Part shown: positions 1 to 19,760 of the stretch, piece by piece
Layout of the letters: every line of letters begins with the position of its first letter
Position numbering within the stretch: the first letter of the stretch is position 1
DNA from: the human T2T-CHM13v2.0 reference genome, Homo sapiens
NCBI RefSeq assembly: GCF_009914755.1
Contig: NC_060939.1
DNA length: 64,000 nt
Reading direction: 5' to 3' (one strand)
The notes under the pieces: generated by a model
Database searches by the model: none
What the model saw: only the letters and a program-made list of their open reading frames with translations
What the model was told of the DNA's origin: nothing
Program-made: the position numbers and the translations under genes

Positions 1-390
1 GAAGCCCTAACTCCCAGTACCTCAGAATACAATGTTTTTTGGAGCTAGGACCTTTATAGAGGGAATCAAGTTAAAAAGAGGTCATTAGGGTGGGTCCTAA
101 TCCACCCTCATGGTCTCTTCACAAGAAAGGAACTGGGATCACAGACATGAACACAGGGAGGATGGCATGAAGAGACATAGGGAGAAGACAGCCATCCACA
201 GCTAAGCAGAAAGGCCTGGAACGGATTCTCCCTCACAGTCCTCAAAAGGGACCAACCCCGCTGACATCTTGATCTTAGACTTTCAGGCTCCAGAACTGTG
301 AGGCAATAAATTTCTGTTTTTGAAATCACACAGTTTTAAAGCCACCCAGTTTATGGTACTTTGTTATGGCAGCTCTAGTAAACTAATACA
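1..390 (+). mobile_element. MaLR LTR (MLT1A/B-like), partial
   Basis: MLT1-type motifs (gtcattagggtgggtcctaatcc; gactttcaggctccagaactgtgaggcaataaatttctgtt) and the ending ...aaactaataca. Confidence 0.75.
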
Positions 391-628
391 ATATCCAGAA
401 GTAGAATTATATAATGAAATCTCCCATCACACTCACCACTCAGATCTTTCACTCCGGCATACTTCATTTCGTATTTCTAAAATATATGGACATTTCCTTA
501 CATAACAATACCCTTATCAAACCTAACAGAATTAACACTAATTTAAAAGCAGATTTAATTCCCAGAAGAAATAAACCTTATACTAAAACACACACTTACA
601 TTCCTCCATTAAAACTATTAACACTTTT

Positions 629-1015
<387 letters not shown>

Positions 1016-1329
1016 TCAGAATAATTCAATTTCCTAATCAGCTCTCATATTCAACAATTTCCTGAAAGTAAAAACCTATGTTTCTTTATTCAAGTACAGA
1101 AAAGAAAGGAAGAATGCGGTCAGTATTCATACCCACTCCGTGGTCACTGAAAATGCACTTTTCAAACTAATCCCAAGAAATTTAGTAGACATCATTAAGT
1201 CTTTAGTTTAAAAACAGTACGTGCAATGGTATTGTATGTTATATTGCACATAATTTAAGCGCATGAAAATTGACATGACAGAGCTCAAAACCACTACCAA
1301 AAAAAAAAAAGATAAATACAAAACCATAC

Positions 1330-1449
1330 CTTTACAGGGTAGAGAACCGCTTGTTATGATTTTCTAAAACGTTAGAGACTGGAGTTACCAATGCTTCAAC
1401 AATTGACAACTTCCAATCACATGTCCTCTTCAGGAAGGTTACTTTTTGT
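1330..1449 (-). other. RAB27A: RAB27A 5'-UTR exon (120 nt); also part of an alternative first exon extending to ~1550
   Basis: Minus-strand acceptor tttctctttgtcttaacattAG at 1450-1451 and donor AG|GTATG at 1329; unique sequence resembling the recalled RAB27A mRNA leader. Confidence 0.75.
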
Positions 1450-1640
1450 CTAATGTTAAGACAAAGAGAAATGTTAAAGTCAGAATGGCCTACTTAAAAA
1501 GTTTTTCAAAAGAGTCTTTGGAAAAGCAGTTCGCTCCATCAACTTTCAAAACAGGCATCGCTGTAAAAACCCACAATCCAGCTAATTAGTCTCAGCTGTT
1601 TGTCATATGGCACTGCAGACCAGTCAAGTGATTTTTGCCC
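1410..1640 (-). promoter_or_regulatory. RAB27A: Candidate internal RAB27A promoter with E-box cluster
   Basis: CACATG at 1418-1423; CAGCTG, CATATG and CAAGTG between ~1590 and 1630; RAB27A is a known MITF target. Confidence 0.45.
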
Positions 1641-2470
1641 CTTTCAAGCTTACCAAGTTCCAGTTCGACTGGCCACTCAGAGGGCGGCTTTATTAACCTC
1701 TTCTGGTGTTAGAAGACTCTGCACTTCAGCTCTTTCTTCCGCCCACCTACCCCGTGAATCAAAACAGTAGAACATTTGTTTTCTTGAGAAAGTGCCTTGT
1801 ATTCTCAAGGCCCTTAAAGGTTATATTCATATTGTTGCTTACAAATACAATGCCTGATCCAAACAAACAATATGGGGGATCAAATGGAAGTGGCAGGAGG
1901 GATGGGGCTAGATTACTTACCAGACCTTGCAGCTGGCCTCCAATTTCATAAGTAAAACTGCCTACAAGGGAGTCCACCCAGATATCTTGCTGGCATCTCA
2001 AATCCAGCATGTCCCGTACTCACCTCCTTTGCTTTTCTCCACAACCTTGCTTCAAACCCACTTCTCTTCCTGTGTCTTGAATCACACAATCCCAACACAG
2101 CCAGAAATCTGATGGCTCTCATTAACTCCTCCCTCTCTGCCCCTCCCACTTCCAATTGGCCACCAAGTCCTAAGGATATTCATCTTCTTGCTCCTACTCC
2201 AAGTTTTTATTATTTCTTAGATGGCTATAATAAACCACTTATTTGGTTTTCTGGTCCCCACGTATTCTTGACTCTGATCCATCCTCCACACCACACCCAA
2301 AGTGATCTTTCCAAAAGGCAAATGAGAGTCCATCACTCTCCTGTTAATGGCTCCCCACAATCTCCACAATAAAATCCCTGCTCCTTAAGCTTCTGCCTTC
2401 AGTATCACCGCCTCCTTCCTATAAGCTGCTAGAGTCCAGCCATCAGTACGTTTTATAATTCGCTAAGTTA

Positions 2471-2650
2471 AGTGGTTCTCAAACTGTGGTTCCAAGACCA
2501 GTATTATAGCATCTTCTAGGAACTTATTAGATTTGCACATTCTTGGGCCCACCCAGCTGAATCAGAAATTCTGAGGATAGGGCACAGGTGTCTGTGGTTC
2601 AACAAGCACTCCAGGTGATTCTGATACACACTAAAGTGTGAGAGCTGCTG
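2471..2650. mobile_element. MER5A-like hAT-Charlie DNA transposon fossil
   Basis: agtggttctcaaactgtgg...gaatcagaaattctg...ccaggtgattctgatacacactaaagtgtgagag. Confidence 0.7.
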
Positions 2651-3338
2651 CTGTAAATCCACCAAGTTCTGTTCACTAAGAGAATCAGCTCCTTGGCTCC
2701 TTGTGCCAGCAATGCTGAGCTGGATACACCTTCCCTGTGCTTACTGTTTCTAGAAATGGTCACCCCTGTATGCTAATTATTCAATTTATTTCTTGGTCTT
2801 TGCTGTTGCTTTGTGACAATCTTGAAGACAGGGGTTGTATCTTGTTTTTTGTTCATTCACCCCACAATCACTTATTGAGCACTTATGAATTATTGGGTGA
2901 AATGTCGGACATAGAACTAATCAATCTATCCCTTGCCTCTAGGAGAAGCTACGCTTTCATTATGGCAGCTCAACGTGTGACTGAAGACTCAATCTGTCCA
3001 ATCTAAAAAAACCACCACCGGCCTCAAGAACTGTGGGCAACTAAGAAAAGTCTGAGCACAACCAGTCTGACATCTCTTCTCATGGTAAATGAAATGGAAT
3101 TTTCGTTTCACACCTGACGAAAATCTCATGAAAATGCACCTCTTTCTTTTTTATATCACACAGCAACCTCGAGAATTTTGAGAACAATTTAGTAAGAAAA
3201 TGTATCCAGATTTTTAAATCCCAGATTAAAATTCATTAGAGTTAGCTTCCTTTAATTACAAGTTCATATTAGCACTTCTCAACCATCAGGATATATAGGA
3301 ATCTCCTAGGGATCTTTCAAAATGCTAATTCTGATTCA

Positions 3339-3727
<389 letters not shown>

Positions 3728-4149
3728 TTAAAGCAACAAAACCTTTTTTGGATGCTTTTGTATTGAAAGCTTTCTAAAATATCTTTCAGACTTCAGAATA
3801 AAGATGGCATGCTCAACATGTACATGTGGTTCTGCTGCCTCCCAAAATCTCACTAATATAGCAATAAAGAATGTTTTATTTCTTTTAGACATAAACTCAC
3901 AAGGACAAAGATCAGGTAGTGGAAGCAACAAAATGGTAGAAGCTACAGAGTAGATGGACTAGAGGTAACTGATTAGCAGACCTCGGAAAGCTGACTCTTT
4001 ATCTGCCAGTAGGGAAATCCAAGAAGGAACTCATCACAGAATCTCCAGAAAGTCTCAGGGATTCAGAACCCCAAAACTTCTGGAATTTGGGGGACAGTAA
4101 CATAGGGACTCAAAACAGACAGAATGGTGGTCATCTGCTTAAAAAGCAG

Positions 4150-8200
<4,051 letters not shown>

Positions 8201-9631
8201 TTGTTAAGTAGGGGAAGGAAAGAATGAACAAACAAACGTAGGAACAAATGAACAAACTCAGGTAAGAAAGAGGAGATGAAAATGGTATACTTGTGGCAGG
8301 GGTGGATGGAGCAATGAGCTAAATTCTCTACTTCTGTAATAAAGTATCAATAGATAATGACTAAAACTGAAAAACTGACCACAGAAATATAAATGTGTCA
8401 TTTAGAGACTAGATGTATAAACTACTGCAAGACTTCAGTGGTTAACTCTGGAGAGCAGGAAATGGGCTGGGGGAGAGGCGTCTACTGGTTTTTTGTAACA
8501 GCCCTTGTAAAACAACGTCCACGTATAACTTTGGTAAATTTGGCAGGGCACGATGGCTCATACTTGTAATCCCAGAACTTTGGGAGGCAGAGGCGGGCAG
8601 GTCACTTGAGGCCAGGAGTTCGAGACCAGCCTGTTTGTCTCCATAATAAATGGCTCCTGACTGCTGTATTTATTTCGTGTCTTTTGTTAATTTATATTTC
8701 CTTCTCCCTCCCCTCACCTTTGCTGTCAGGCAGCTATCCCTCACCACAGTAATCAGTGTGCCTTCCTGGGACAACCCCTACCCCTTCCGATGCACTGTTT
8801 TTAATTGACAAGGCACCTGGAAACCAAATAACCAAGCTTATTAGAACTGTGTGTAAAATGAAGAAAAATGGGCACCAAAAAATGTTCTGAAAGTTGCTCT
8901 GTGATGCAGGTTGGCAATTTTCAATACATTAACCATTTGTCCAACTCAGAACCGTTTGGCCTTACTATCAACTATGGGTCAGTAGGCTGGGTGACACTCA
9001 GTGGGACCAACCATCCCAGTTTAGTGGGGACTGAGTTATAGCACTGAAAGTCATGCATCCCGGGAAACCATATCCCAGCATTGGGCAAGTTACTTCATCT
9101 TCTTCAACCTGTTTCATCATCTGTAAAATGAAAGATAATATCTGCTTTGAAAGATTGTTGAGGATTAAATGAGAAAATGTTTGTATAACTCTTGACACAT
9201 ATGGTAGCTGTAGCTATTATACTCACTTGCATATTGTTATTATCAACCCTAGTATCAGGTAGAAAAAGAAAGTATTCTTAGAAACATAACCTGTAATTTG
9301 CTTTATATATAGTGGACTTCAGGAAGCTGCAATGTTTGCTTTTGTGAATTTCCTTCCCATTTTGTAACACACATTTTGTTTCAGGGACTAAAACATATTA
9401 AAGAAATTTAATAGTTCAACATTTCTGATTTCTCTACTGGACAAAAGCCTGGCAGGTTTCCACTATATTTTCATAGAAATGACTCTTTTACACTATGGGA
9501 GCCCTGGGGTATTTATGTCAGTAGCCGCTTCTAAACTTGTGAAGAGAAATCAGCCTGCCACCTCACAAAGAAGAGGCATCATATCTGAAATTTGTTTTTA
9601 ATTTCCATTTCACTTTTTTCCTTCATAATAG

Positions 9632-9962
<331 letters not shown>

Positions 9963-11089
9963 CAGTCTTCTAATTATTTAGTGAATTCAGTACGTTGACA
10001 TGGGGCTGAAAAATCTGCATTTCTAAGTTCTAAGTTCTAAGCCAAGTCATTCACTAATTATGTCAATTCTATCCCTGAAAAATAAGGGCTTGTATCACCA
10101 AACGGATGAAATACCATTTCTGAACTCAAAAGCTGAAGCAACTCCCTACTCCACATTTATTAATTACAGCCTGAAGGAAATTGCTCACATCTATGCACCC
10201 CACAGACAAAAGGGCACAGTTGCTAAAAGAACAGTTCCAAACTTTGGGATAGATAATGGAAAGAATCACAAGTTACTCAAAGCCAAAATATGGCCTAGGA
10301 ACCCTCTAAGAAGCAGTAGAGACAGCAGAAAGAGCCAGGCAGATAAGACTCTTAATAAAGGCCCCCATGGCCTGTCCTCCCATACTCTTCTATTTCTTCT
10401 CCACCCAGTGTCCGAGGCCTGTGACCACAAAACACAGGACAACACAGAACCTCAGAGAAGCCTTGAGGGGCAACTGGTCAACCAATTAGGGCAGGTGAAA
10501 ATGGATCCAGGACTGGCAGCAGAATCACCTAGGATATGTGATGAAAATCCAAAATTCTGGGTCCCATTCAGGCCTCTGAATTAGGATCTCTGCAAGGGAG
10601 GCCTAGGGAATCTGCATTTATATCAAGCTTCCCAGGGGCTTTCTGGTTATACACAATCAAGTTTGTAAGCCACTGTTCTAGGGAGACAACAGATGGCAAA
10701 AATGTACAACTACAGTTAGGCAAATAGCCTGTACATCAAGATCATATTTAACTTCTACTAGCCTCAGATACCAAATCTGTAAAATAGGGATAATAATACT
10801 GACCTAGCAAGGTGGTTGTGAGAATCAAATGAAATAAGTAATAGCCTCACACACAGTGTCTCACATACAGCAGGTGCTCAATAAAAGTCCATTCCCTCGC
10901 TTGTGTATGGCATTCTAATGAAGACTTACAACAATAGTTTTTGAATAAATGTCACCTGTTTTGAATAAATATCACCAAGGAAAGCAGATGGCCAGGAAAG
11001 TTAAGGCCTCAATGTTAATGACTCATCAACTACAAAGGCCGAGGTCAGCAGCCTTAACCAGCGATTGAGTCATGAAATGTACTTGTAGA

Positions 11090-11256
11090 CAGTGGTTCTC
11101 AAGCTTCGGGGTGCATCAGAGTCACCTAGATGGTTTTAAAACACAGACTCTAGGCCCCACCAGAGTTTCAGATTCAGTAGGTCTGGAGTGGGGCTGAAAA
11201 TCTGCATTTCTATGTTCCCAGGTGGTGCTGATGTTACTGGTCCTAATCTGACACTT
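11090..11256. mobile_element. MER5A-like DNA transposon fossil
   Basis: cagtggttctcaagctt...cagagtttcagattcagtaggtctgg...atctgcatttcta. Confidence 0.7.
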
Positions 11257-11680
11257 TGCAATAAAAAAAGAAAAACTATGCTGTGTATATTTCCTGTTTG
11301 ACACTAGACTGGTTAGTTTCATGTAAATAGAGAAAAAAACTAAGAAACCAACAATTTCCGAGGCTGTGCTGCCTCTGTCCCTGAGAATCTTACTATGTTG
11401 TTTGAACAATGCATAGAGAGGACAGGGAGATTTGAGTTCTATCTTCCCACTCACTTGCTGTGTGACTCTGCATGAGACATATGATCTCTTCCAGCCTGAG
11501 TTTACTCAGGCTGGGAGTAAAGGTGAGCTAGACACTGGTTCCCAAACCAGGTTGTCCACCAACAATCACTAGAGCAGTATTTAAAATAAAACATAGATTC
11601 CCAAGCCCTAGCCACAAACCTAATAAATTAGAATCACCAAAGGAGAGACTGAAAAATGTGTTGTTGTTTCTTGTGGGTAT

Positions 11681-11684
<4 letters not shown>

Positions 11685-11719
<35 letters not shown>

Positions 11720-12310
11720 TTTAAGTTCTAGGGTACATGTGCACAATGTGCAGGCTTGATACATAGGTATACAGGTGCCATGTTGGTTTGCTGCACCCAT
11801 CAACTCATAATTTACATTAGGTATTTCTCCTAATGCTATCCCTCCCCCAGTCCCCACCCCCTGAGAGGCCCCGGTGTGTGATGTTCCCCTTCCTGTATCC
11901 AAGTGATCTCATTGTTCAGTTCCCACCTATGAGTCAGAACATGTGGTGTTTGGTTTTCTGTCCTTGAGATAGTTTGCTGAGAATGATGGTTTCCAGCTTC
12001 ATCCATGTCCTTGCAAAGGACATGAACTCATCCTTTTTTATGGCTGCATAGTATTCCATGGTGTATATGTGCCACATTTTCTTAATCCAGTCTATCATTG
12101 ATGGACATTTGTGTTAGTTCCAAGTCTTTGCTATTGTGAATAGTGCTGCAATAAACATACGTGTGCATGTGTCTCTATAGTAGCATGATTTATAATCCTT
12201 TGGGCATATACCCAGTAATGGGATTGCTGGGTCAAATGGTAATTCTAGTTCTAGATCCTTGAGGAATCGCCACACTGTCTTCCACAATGGTTGAATCAAT
12301 TTACACTCTT
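11685..12310 (-). mobile_element. L1PA 3' end (~600 bp) with tail converted to (TA)n
   Basis: tactttaagttctagggtacatgtgcacaa L1PA 3' terminus; ORF2 C-terminal peptide QPLWKTVWRFLKDLE. Confidence 0.93.
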
Positions 12311-12620
12311 TTGTGAGCATGTTTTAAACAAAAGCTCCCTGTGCCATTTTCATGTATAGCCAGTTTTGAGGAAGCATTAACATGGTAATCTTTCTCCAGC
12401 ATTAAAGCTCTTGGGTCTTTTTGATTTCCAATTCACTGGGTCCTGAGTCTATACTTAGCCAGTATAAGTAGCCTTCTCCTTTTATATTTGCTTCACCTGG
12501 CTATTCTTCCGAAAGGAAGCATACACTGTCCTCAAAAAAAGGAATCTACTCTGCTTAGCAGTTCCATTTCTCATATATCAATAAACTGGCATTCTGGTTT
12601 CATTTAAAAAATAAAGTCCA

Positions 12621-12980
12621 GGATAGGCACAGTGGTTCATGCCTGTAATCTCAGCACTTTGGGAGGCCAAGGCAGGCAGATCACTTGAGGTCAGGAGTTC
12701 GAGACCAGCCTGGCCAACATAGTAAAACCCCATCTCTATTAAAAATACAAAAATTAGCCCAGCATGGTGACATGCTCCTGTGGTCCTAGTTACTTAGGAG
12801 GCTGAAGCAGGAGGATCCACTTGAGCCCAGGATGTTGAGGTTGCAGTGAGCTGGGTGACAAAGACAAGAAAGAAGGGAAGGGAAGGAAGAAGAGAAAGGA
12901 AGGGAAGGAAGGGAGAAGGGAAGGGGGAATGGAAGGGAGGAAGGAAGGTAGGAAAGGAAAAGAGAAGGAAAAAAAAAGAA
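12621..12980 (+). repeat. Alu with truncated right arm followed by ~120-nt polypurine (GGAA-rich) tract
   Basis: Alu head at 12621; near-pure A/G run ~12862-12980. Confidence 0.85.
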
Positions 12981-14285
12981 ACCAGAGGCCCTTACAGACC
13001 ACAGGTACATATTTGGATCTTATACCTATTACAATGAAAGCAACTAAGGGATTTTAAGCAGAAGGATATGAATTGAATTCCTTTAATTTTTTAAAATTTT
13101 GTCTCATGCTCCTCAAGAGTGTGAGTTCCTTTTTTGGGACATCACTGGCTTTGTGTGAAGAATGGGCTATGGCAGGGAGGGGCAAGAATTGGAACAGAAA
13201 AGTAGCAGTACAGGCCTTTAACCAGCAGCTGGCACAGAGCAGGCACTTGGATATTTCTGCACTGCTTTAACATAGGGAAATCATAATATACTTGTTTCAC
13301 CTCCTAATGTATTTCAGAGGAGTTCAAGGAAGAGACTCTGGGTGTTAGCAAAGTTCCATCTAGATGTCACTTCTTTTGAACAACACATAGAATTTTGGAT
13401 TGTCCACAGTACAACTGGTTCCAATCAAGAAGTATTAGAATAAGAACATAAAAAGAACACACCAGGAAACCATCAGACCAGGCTTCTGGAACCATCCCTG
13501 CCATCAATTAGCTATGTGACCTGAGGCACAGCTCTGGATTTCTGGGAGGGGAGCCTGGGCTACAATTTCCAAGGTCCCTACTAGCTCTTAAATTACACAA
13601 TTCTGTAAGTGTAACAAATGTGGTTTCCTTATCTGGGTGGCAAAATGGGATGATGACTCAGGGTGAGGTTTTTTGTTACAGATTTTCAACCTCCCAGAGA
13701 AGCTCTAGTGAAGCTAGAATCAGGGTGTTAATAAAGAAACTGTCCAGTTTTATTATTTCCTTTCCAGGGTATGGTGGTCAGCTGGAAATCTGGGAAGTAG
13801 ACATTCCTGGCAGCTGCGAGCTTATCGTGCAAAGACTGAGAACCCAAGTCCCTGTGTAACCCTTCAGGTACATGATCTCTGGGGTCCCCTGCTCATGTGG
13901 CTTTCGCTCATGTGGAAGCACACAATAGACAGGCACTGAAGACCAGCCTCTCACTTCCTCCTGCTGGTAGGCTGTTCCCAAAGGGTCCACTCCTCTCCTA
14001 TGGCCAACCTGGCACCTCCACGAGAACCCCATTTCGCATGATCCCTGGGGGCAGTGGTTCTCAGTCTCAACTGCAACTGCCCATCAGAATCCCGTGTGGA
14101 GACAATAAATAAATAAATAAACAAACAAACAGCCTGAGCCCTACCCCACATTTACTGACTTAGAATTGGGGTGAGGGAGAGGTTAGAAAGACAACAGCGG
14201 TAGTTAGGCTTAGTTAGTTTTACATGATGGACAGAACGTGTAACTTGGGAAACTGTAAGCCAAAGAGGTTGAATGAGTTGTCTAA

Positions 14286-14500
14286 TGCAGGGTTTCTTAG
14301 CGTCGGCACTGTTGACATTTTAGGCAGGATAATCCTTTGTTGGGGGCTCTCCTGTGTACTGAGAATGTTTTGCAGCATCCCTGGCCCCCACCCACTAAAT
14401 GCCAGGAGTAACTCCCCAGCTGTGACAGTCAAAAATGTCTCCAGGCATTGCTAAATGTCCCATGTGGGGTGGGGCAGGGGAGAAAATCACCCCCAACTGA
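14286..14500. mobile_element. MER20-like hAT DNA transposon fossil
   Basis: ggcactgttgacattttaggcaggataatcctttgttggggg...aaaaatgtctccaggcattgctaaatgtccc. Confidence 0.75.
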
Positions 14501-17297
14501 CATACACTGGTGTGATATCACATAGTTAATAATCAGGAATATGGAGACTAAAAACCGACCGACTGATTCCTGACTGTGTTGATTCTTCCACATTCAAGCA
14601 GGAAGTCCGGAACACAGGAATGAGCCGCCACCTGAGGAAATACCACAACCCACTTCACTACACAACCCACTTCAATACACAGCCTAGGGCAGACGTGGGA
14701 CCTGGGACAGCTGACCTTGTCCCTAATGAGAAAAGCCACATTAGGTCTCCAGTATTTGACTGTGAGGACAATGACTTATCTTTTCAAGGACTGTTACACC
14801 TCTTCACTCATTCTTGGAGTTGTTTCCTTGAAATGATGCGATTTATTATGAAAATCACTATTTTCATAATGATTTCTTAGCAAGAAACAAAGAAATCCTG
14901 ACCACAATCATAGGTTATATTTTAAAATTCTTTAGTTTTGTAAATGAACATTTAAGTCATGACCTATTTCTGTATGTTTCATTTCTCCCCTTATTAGGGC
15001 TAGTACAGCAAGAACAAAAGTATCATATTATTGTGTTTAACTAGCTGATTTAGACCTTGACTTTGCTTTTAACGATACAAATACACAGCAGATTAGTATT
15101 TAGCCATACCCTGATAGGACTTGACCAGCCTCCCAGGTGGTGGGATCAGGCCAAGGTAGATAAACTATAGCAAATAAGAATGAACAGACTTTTCAGTCTC
15201 GTGGCAACCAATTTTATTATTATGCTTTGACCTGGCAGCTGGTAAGACTTTATATGAATTAACCAATGAAACTATGAAAAAACAAGATTAGTGGTTCTGA
15301 AATATGGTATTCAAATAGCAGTTAGAGAAAGCAGTTCATTTTCAAGGCTGCTTTCTTTTAAATAGGTACAAATAATTACAATAAAAAATAATAAAATCTT
15401 GTTTAAAAAGAACAGATCTCTAGTGAGCAAGTCACATACACCTGTCTATCTACCTTGGTCCTTGTCATATGTATATCTTCCATATTTATTGTACCAAAAT
15501 AAAAAGGGGTGAGGAATTTTGTGGGAATAGGCCACTCAAAGCAAGCAGGCTTTCCATAAGACAACACTTAGTTGTTGTGGAATTATACTCAGTAAGACCA
15601 CCTTAATCAAAGCACCTTATAATAAATACTCCAGAGGGTCAAAAGTGTTAACAAAACCATAAAAAAAAATAAAACCACATTGAATTACAGGCTTTCTGGC
15701 ATAACAGCAGGGACAAGAACCACATGGGGCTTTCAACAGTTATGCGGCTCTCAGAGAAAAGTCAAAGTGTCTCATGAGAATGGCTTTGGCTGCCACATGT
15801 TGGATCTGGGGACTGAAGGACAGTATGATAATGAGGTGATCTTGAGTGGATGGCTAGAGATGTGATTAAAGGTCAACATGAAAACATAAGCAACTTCTTC
15901 ATGACCTCTTAAGGGAAGGGATTATGCAGCAGAACAACTGCTGGTTCCAGAGTCCCACTTCCAGCTCTGCCACTAACTCTATGTGACTTTGACAAAGTGA
16001 CTTAACCTCTCTGGAGTAAATTCCATTAACTATAAAAGACTAGAGTAAAATGAAATGTTCTCTAACTTCCTTCTAATTCTAATACTCCTTGGGTTTACAA
16101 ATCTTCTCTTTTGGATACATGCACAATCACCAAAAATCAGCCATGGCTCAATCATTCTTTGGACATTTTCACCATCGATGCATTTCCTATGCATAAACAT
16201 AAACTCCAGCTAGGGCTGCCAGACACAAAACAAGACATCCAGTTAAATGTGCATTTTGGATAAAGAACAATTTTTTAGTAAAAGTATGTCCCAAATAATG
16301 TATAAGATATAGGAAACAATTATTTAGTGTTTTTCTGCAATGCAAATTTAACTTTTTTTTAGTTTGCTAAATCTGGCACCCCACCTCCATCCCCACATTA
16401 GAATCAAAACTCTCACTCCACACACGGGAGGTTGGCTGACTAAAGCACTACATGGTAAACTTCTGTTTAAGGGCAACATATACAGACGAAAAACAAACAA
16501 CCAAAAAAAAAAAAAAAACAGGAAAGGAGGAACAAAACTTTCAGCATTCCTCGTAAGAGAGGCATCTAATTTTACTTGACAATAAATAAAATATGAGTAT
16601 TACTAGACCTCAATCATACAAGTACCTGCAAAACCAGAGAGTCCAAACAGAGCTGAATGCTCTCTACTCCACACACCTTACCCTACGAACATAAGTAAAT
16701 TACAAACCCTTTATCTCTGCCTCCAGTTCAGGGCTCATGTCTGCACCTAGCTTAAGGGAAACCAAATCATAAACTCAAACTTCCTGACCAAGAGGCAGAA
16801 GAACAAATACAGTCCAAGAAAATCTGCAAGTGGCATAAAAAGTGAAGGCTATAGAAGGGAAAAATTACTCTCTTCAAGAACCAATCTTGTTTTAGCGATG
16901 GCAAGACAATTTCCCTTCTCAGGGGCCTGGCCAACATGGTGAAACCCCGTTTCTATTGAATAAATAAATAAGAAATGAATTTCCATTTTCTCAAATTTCC
17001 AAAAAACTTCACTCTTCTTAAATTAGCACAAGAGGCCAACACCCTGGAGATAGGCACTGAATGGCCCTGCCCAGTTTGCCCAGGATATAGACAGAGGGCT
17101 CCGGTCTGCCACTGTGGGAGGGACCAAAATCCTCACCTTTCTACTTATTTGACCTTTCCCTTTTTAAGGAAGATAAGACTATTATTTTTGGGAAAGTAGG
17201 ACAGAAGACGAGAGACTTAGGAGATGTTGGTGTATCTATAGACATTGCTTCTCTTAGAAAAAAATGGATGGAATAGTGGGAAAGAAATAGCAGAACA

Positions 17298-17387
17298 CTC
17301 TACAGACATACCATCCTGGATGTGCCCGATCTCCTCTGATCTTGGAAGCCAAGCAGGGTTGGGCCTGGTTAGTACTTGGATGGGAGA
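17298..17387 (+). pseudogene. 3'-truncated 5S rRNA retropseudogene (~nt 1-90)
   Basis: Matches 5S rRNA (TCTAC..CATACCA.CCTG..GCCCGATCTC.TCTGATCT.GGAAGC.AAGCAGGGT.GGGCCTGGTTAGTACTTGGATGGGAGA); 13-bp TSD AGAAAT(A/G)GCAGAA at 17283-17295 and 17385-17397. Confidence 0.92.
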
Positions 17388-18076
17388 AATGGCAGAATGA
17401 TCCCTATTGCTCTGTCTTCTGTTCCCTTTTTCATTAGTTCAACACATATCTCTTTGAGTGCTTAATATATGTCAGAAACCATTCTATGTGCTATGGACAT
17501 CACAGTGAACAAGGCAGATTACTGGCCATCCTGGAGCTTGTCTTCTACCAGTGAAAGACAAATGTTGTGTGTGTGTGCTGGTCTGTGTATGACAGTTCTA
17601 TAAATACTCGAAAGAAAACAAGGCAAGGTAAGGGGGCAGAAAATGATGGGATAGGTGAGGGATACTATTCTAGATGGAGTGGTCTAAGAAGGCCTCTCCA
17701 GAAAAATGACTTTTCACCTGAATGAAATAAATAAGAAAGCCATGCAGACATCTGAGGGGAAGAGCATTCCAGGCAGAGGAAACAAGTGCAAAGGTCCTGA
17801 GGTATGGCTGGAGCAGAGTCAGCAAAGGCAAGAGTGATAGCAGATGAAGCCGCACTCCATGCAAGGGTTGTATAGACCATGGTGAGGACTCTGTCACTTC
17901 TGAGATAAAAAGCCACTGGAGAGTTTCAAGCAGAGTGACATAATAGACTCTGGCTGCTGTGTTAAGAATAGAGTGTGGAGCAGTAAGGGTGGAAGCAGGG
18001 AAGCCCTTCAGAAGGCTTTTGCAGTAATCCAGGTGACAGAGATGATAGAACTTGGTGGAAGCAGCAGAAGTGGTGA

Positions 18077-18409
<333 letters not shown>

Positions 18410-18609
18410 TGCTGAGGAATTTAATGTGGGGTATAAGAGAAAGAATCAAGAGTGATTTCAGGGTGTTTGGTGTGAGCATCTGGAAGAGTGAAGTTGCCAT
18501 TCACTAAGATGGAGAAGACTAGGGGAAAAGCAGCTTTGGGAGAGAAAACTCAAAAATCTGGCTCCTAGAGATTGTTGCTCACTTTAAAACCCTTACATCT
18601 ATTTTAGAA

Positions 18610-19760
<1,151 letters not shown>

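Noticed and set aside
10060-10584. 174-aa ATG-initiated ORF antisense in RAB27A intron 1
   Set aside because: No recognisable domain, no evident promoter or splice context, and it ends in MER5-like sequence; only Ribo-seq or conservation could rescue it
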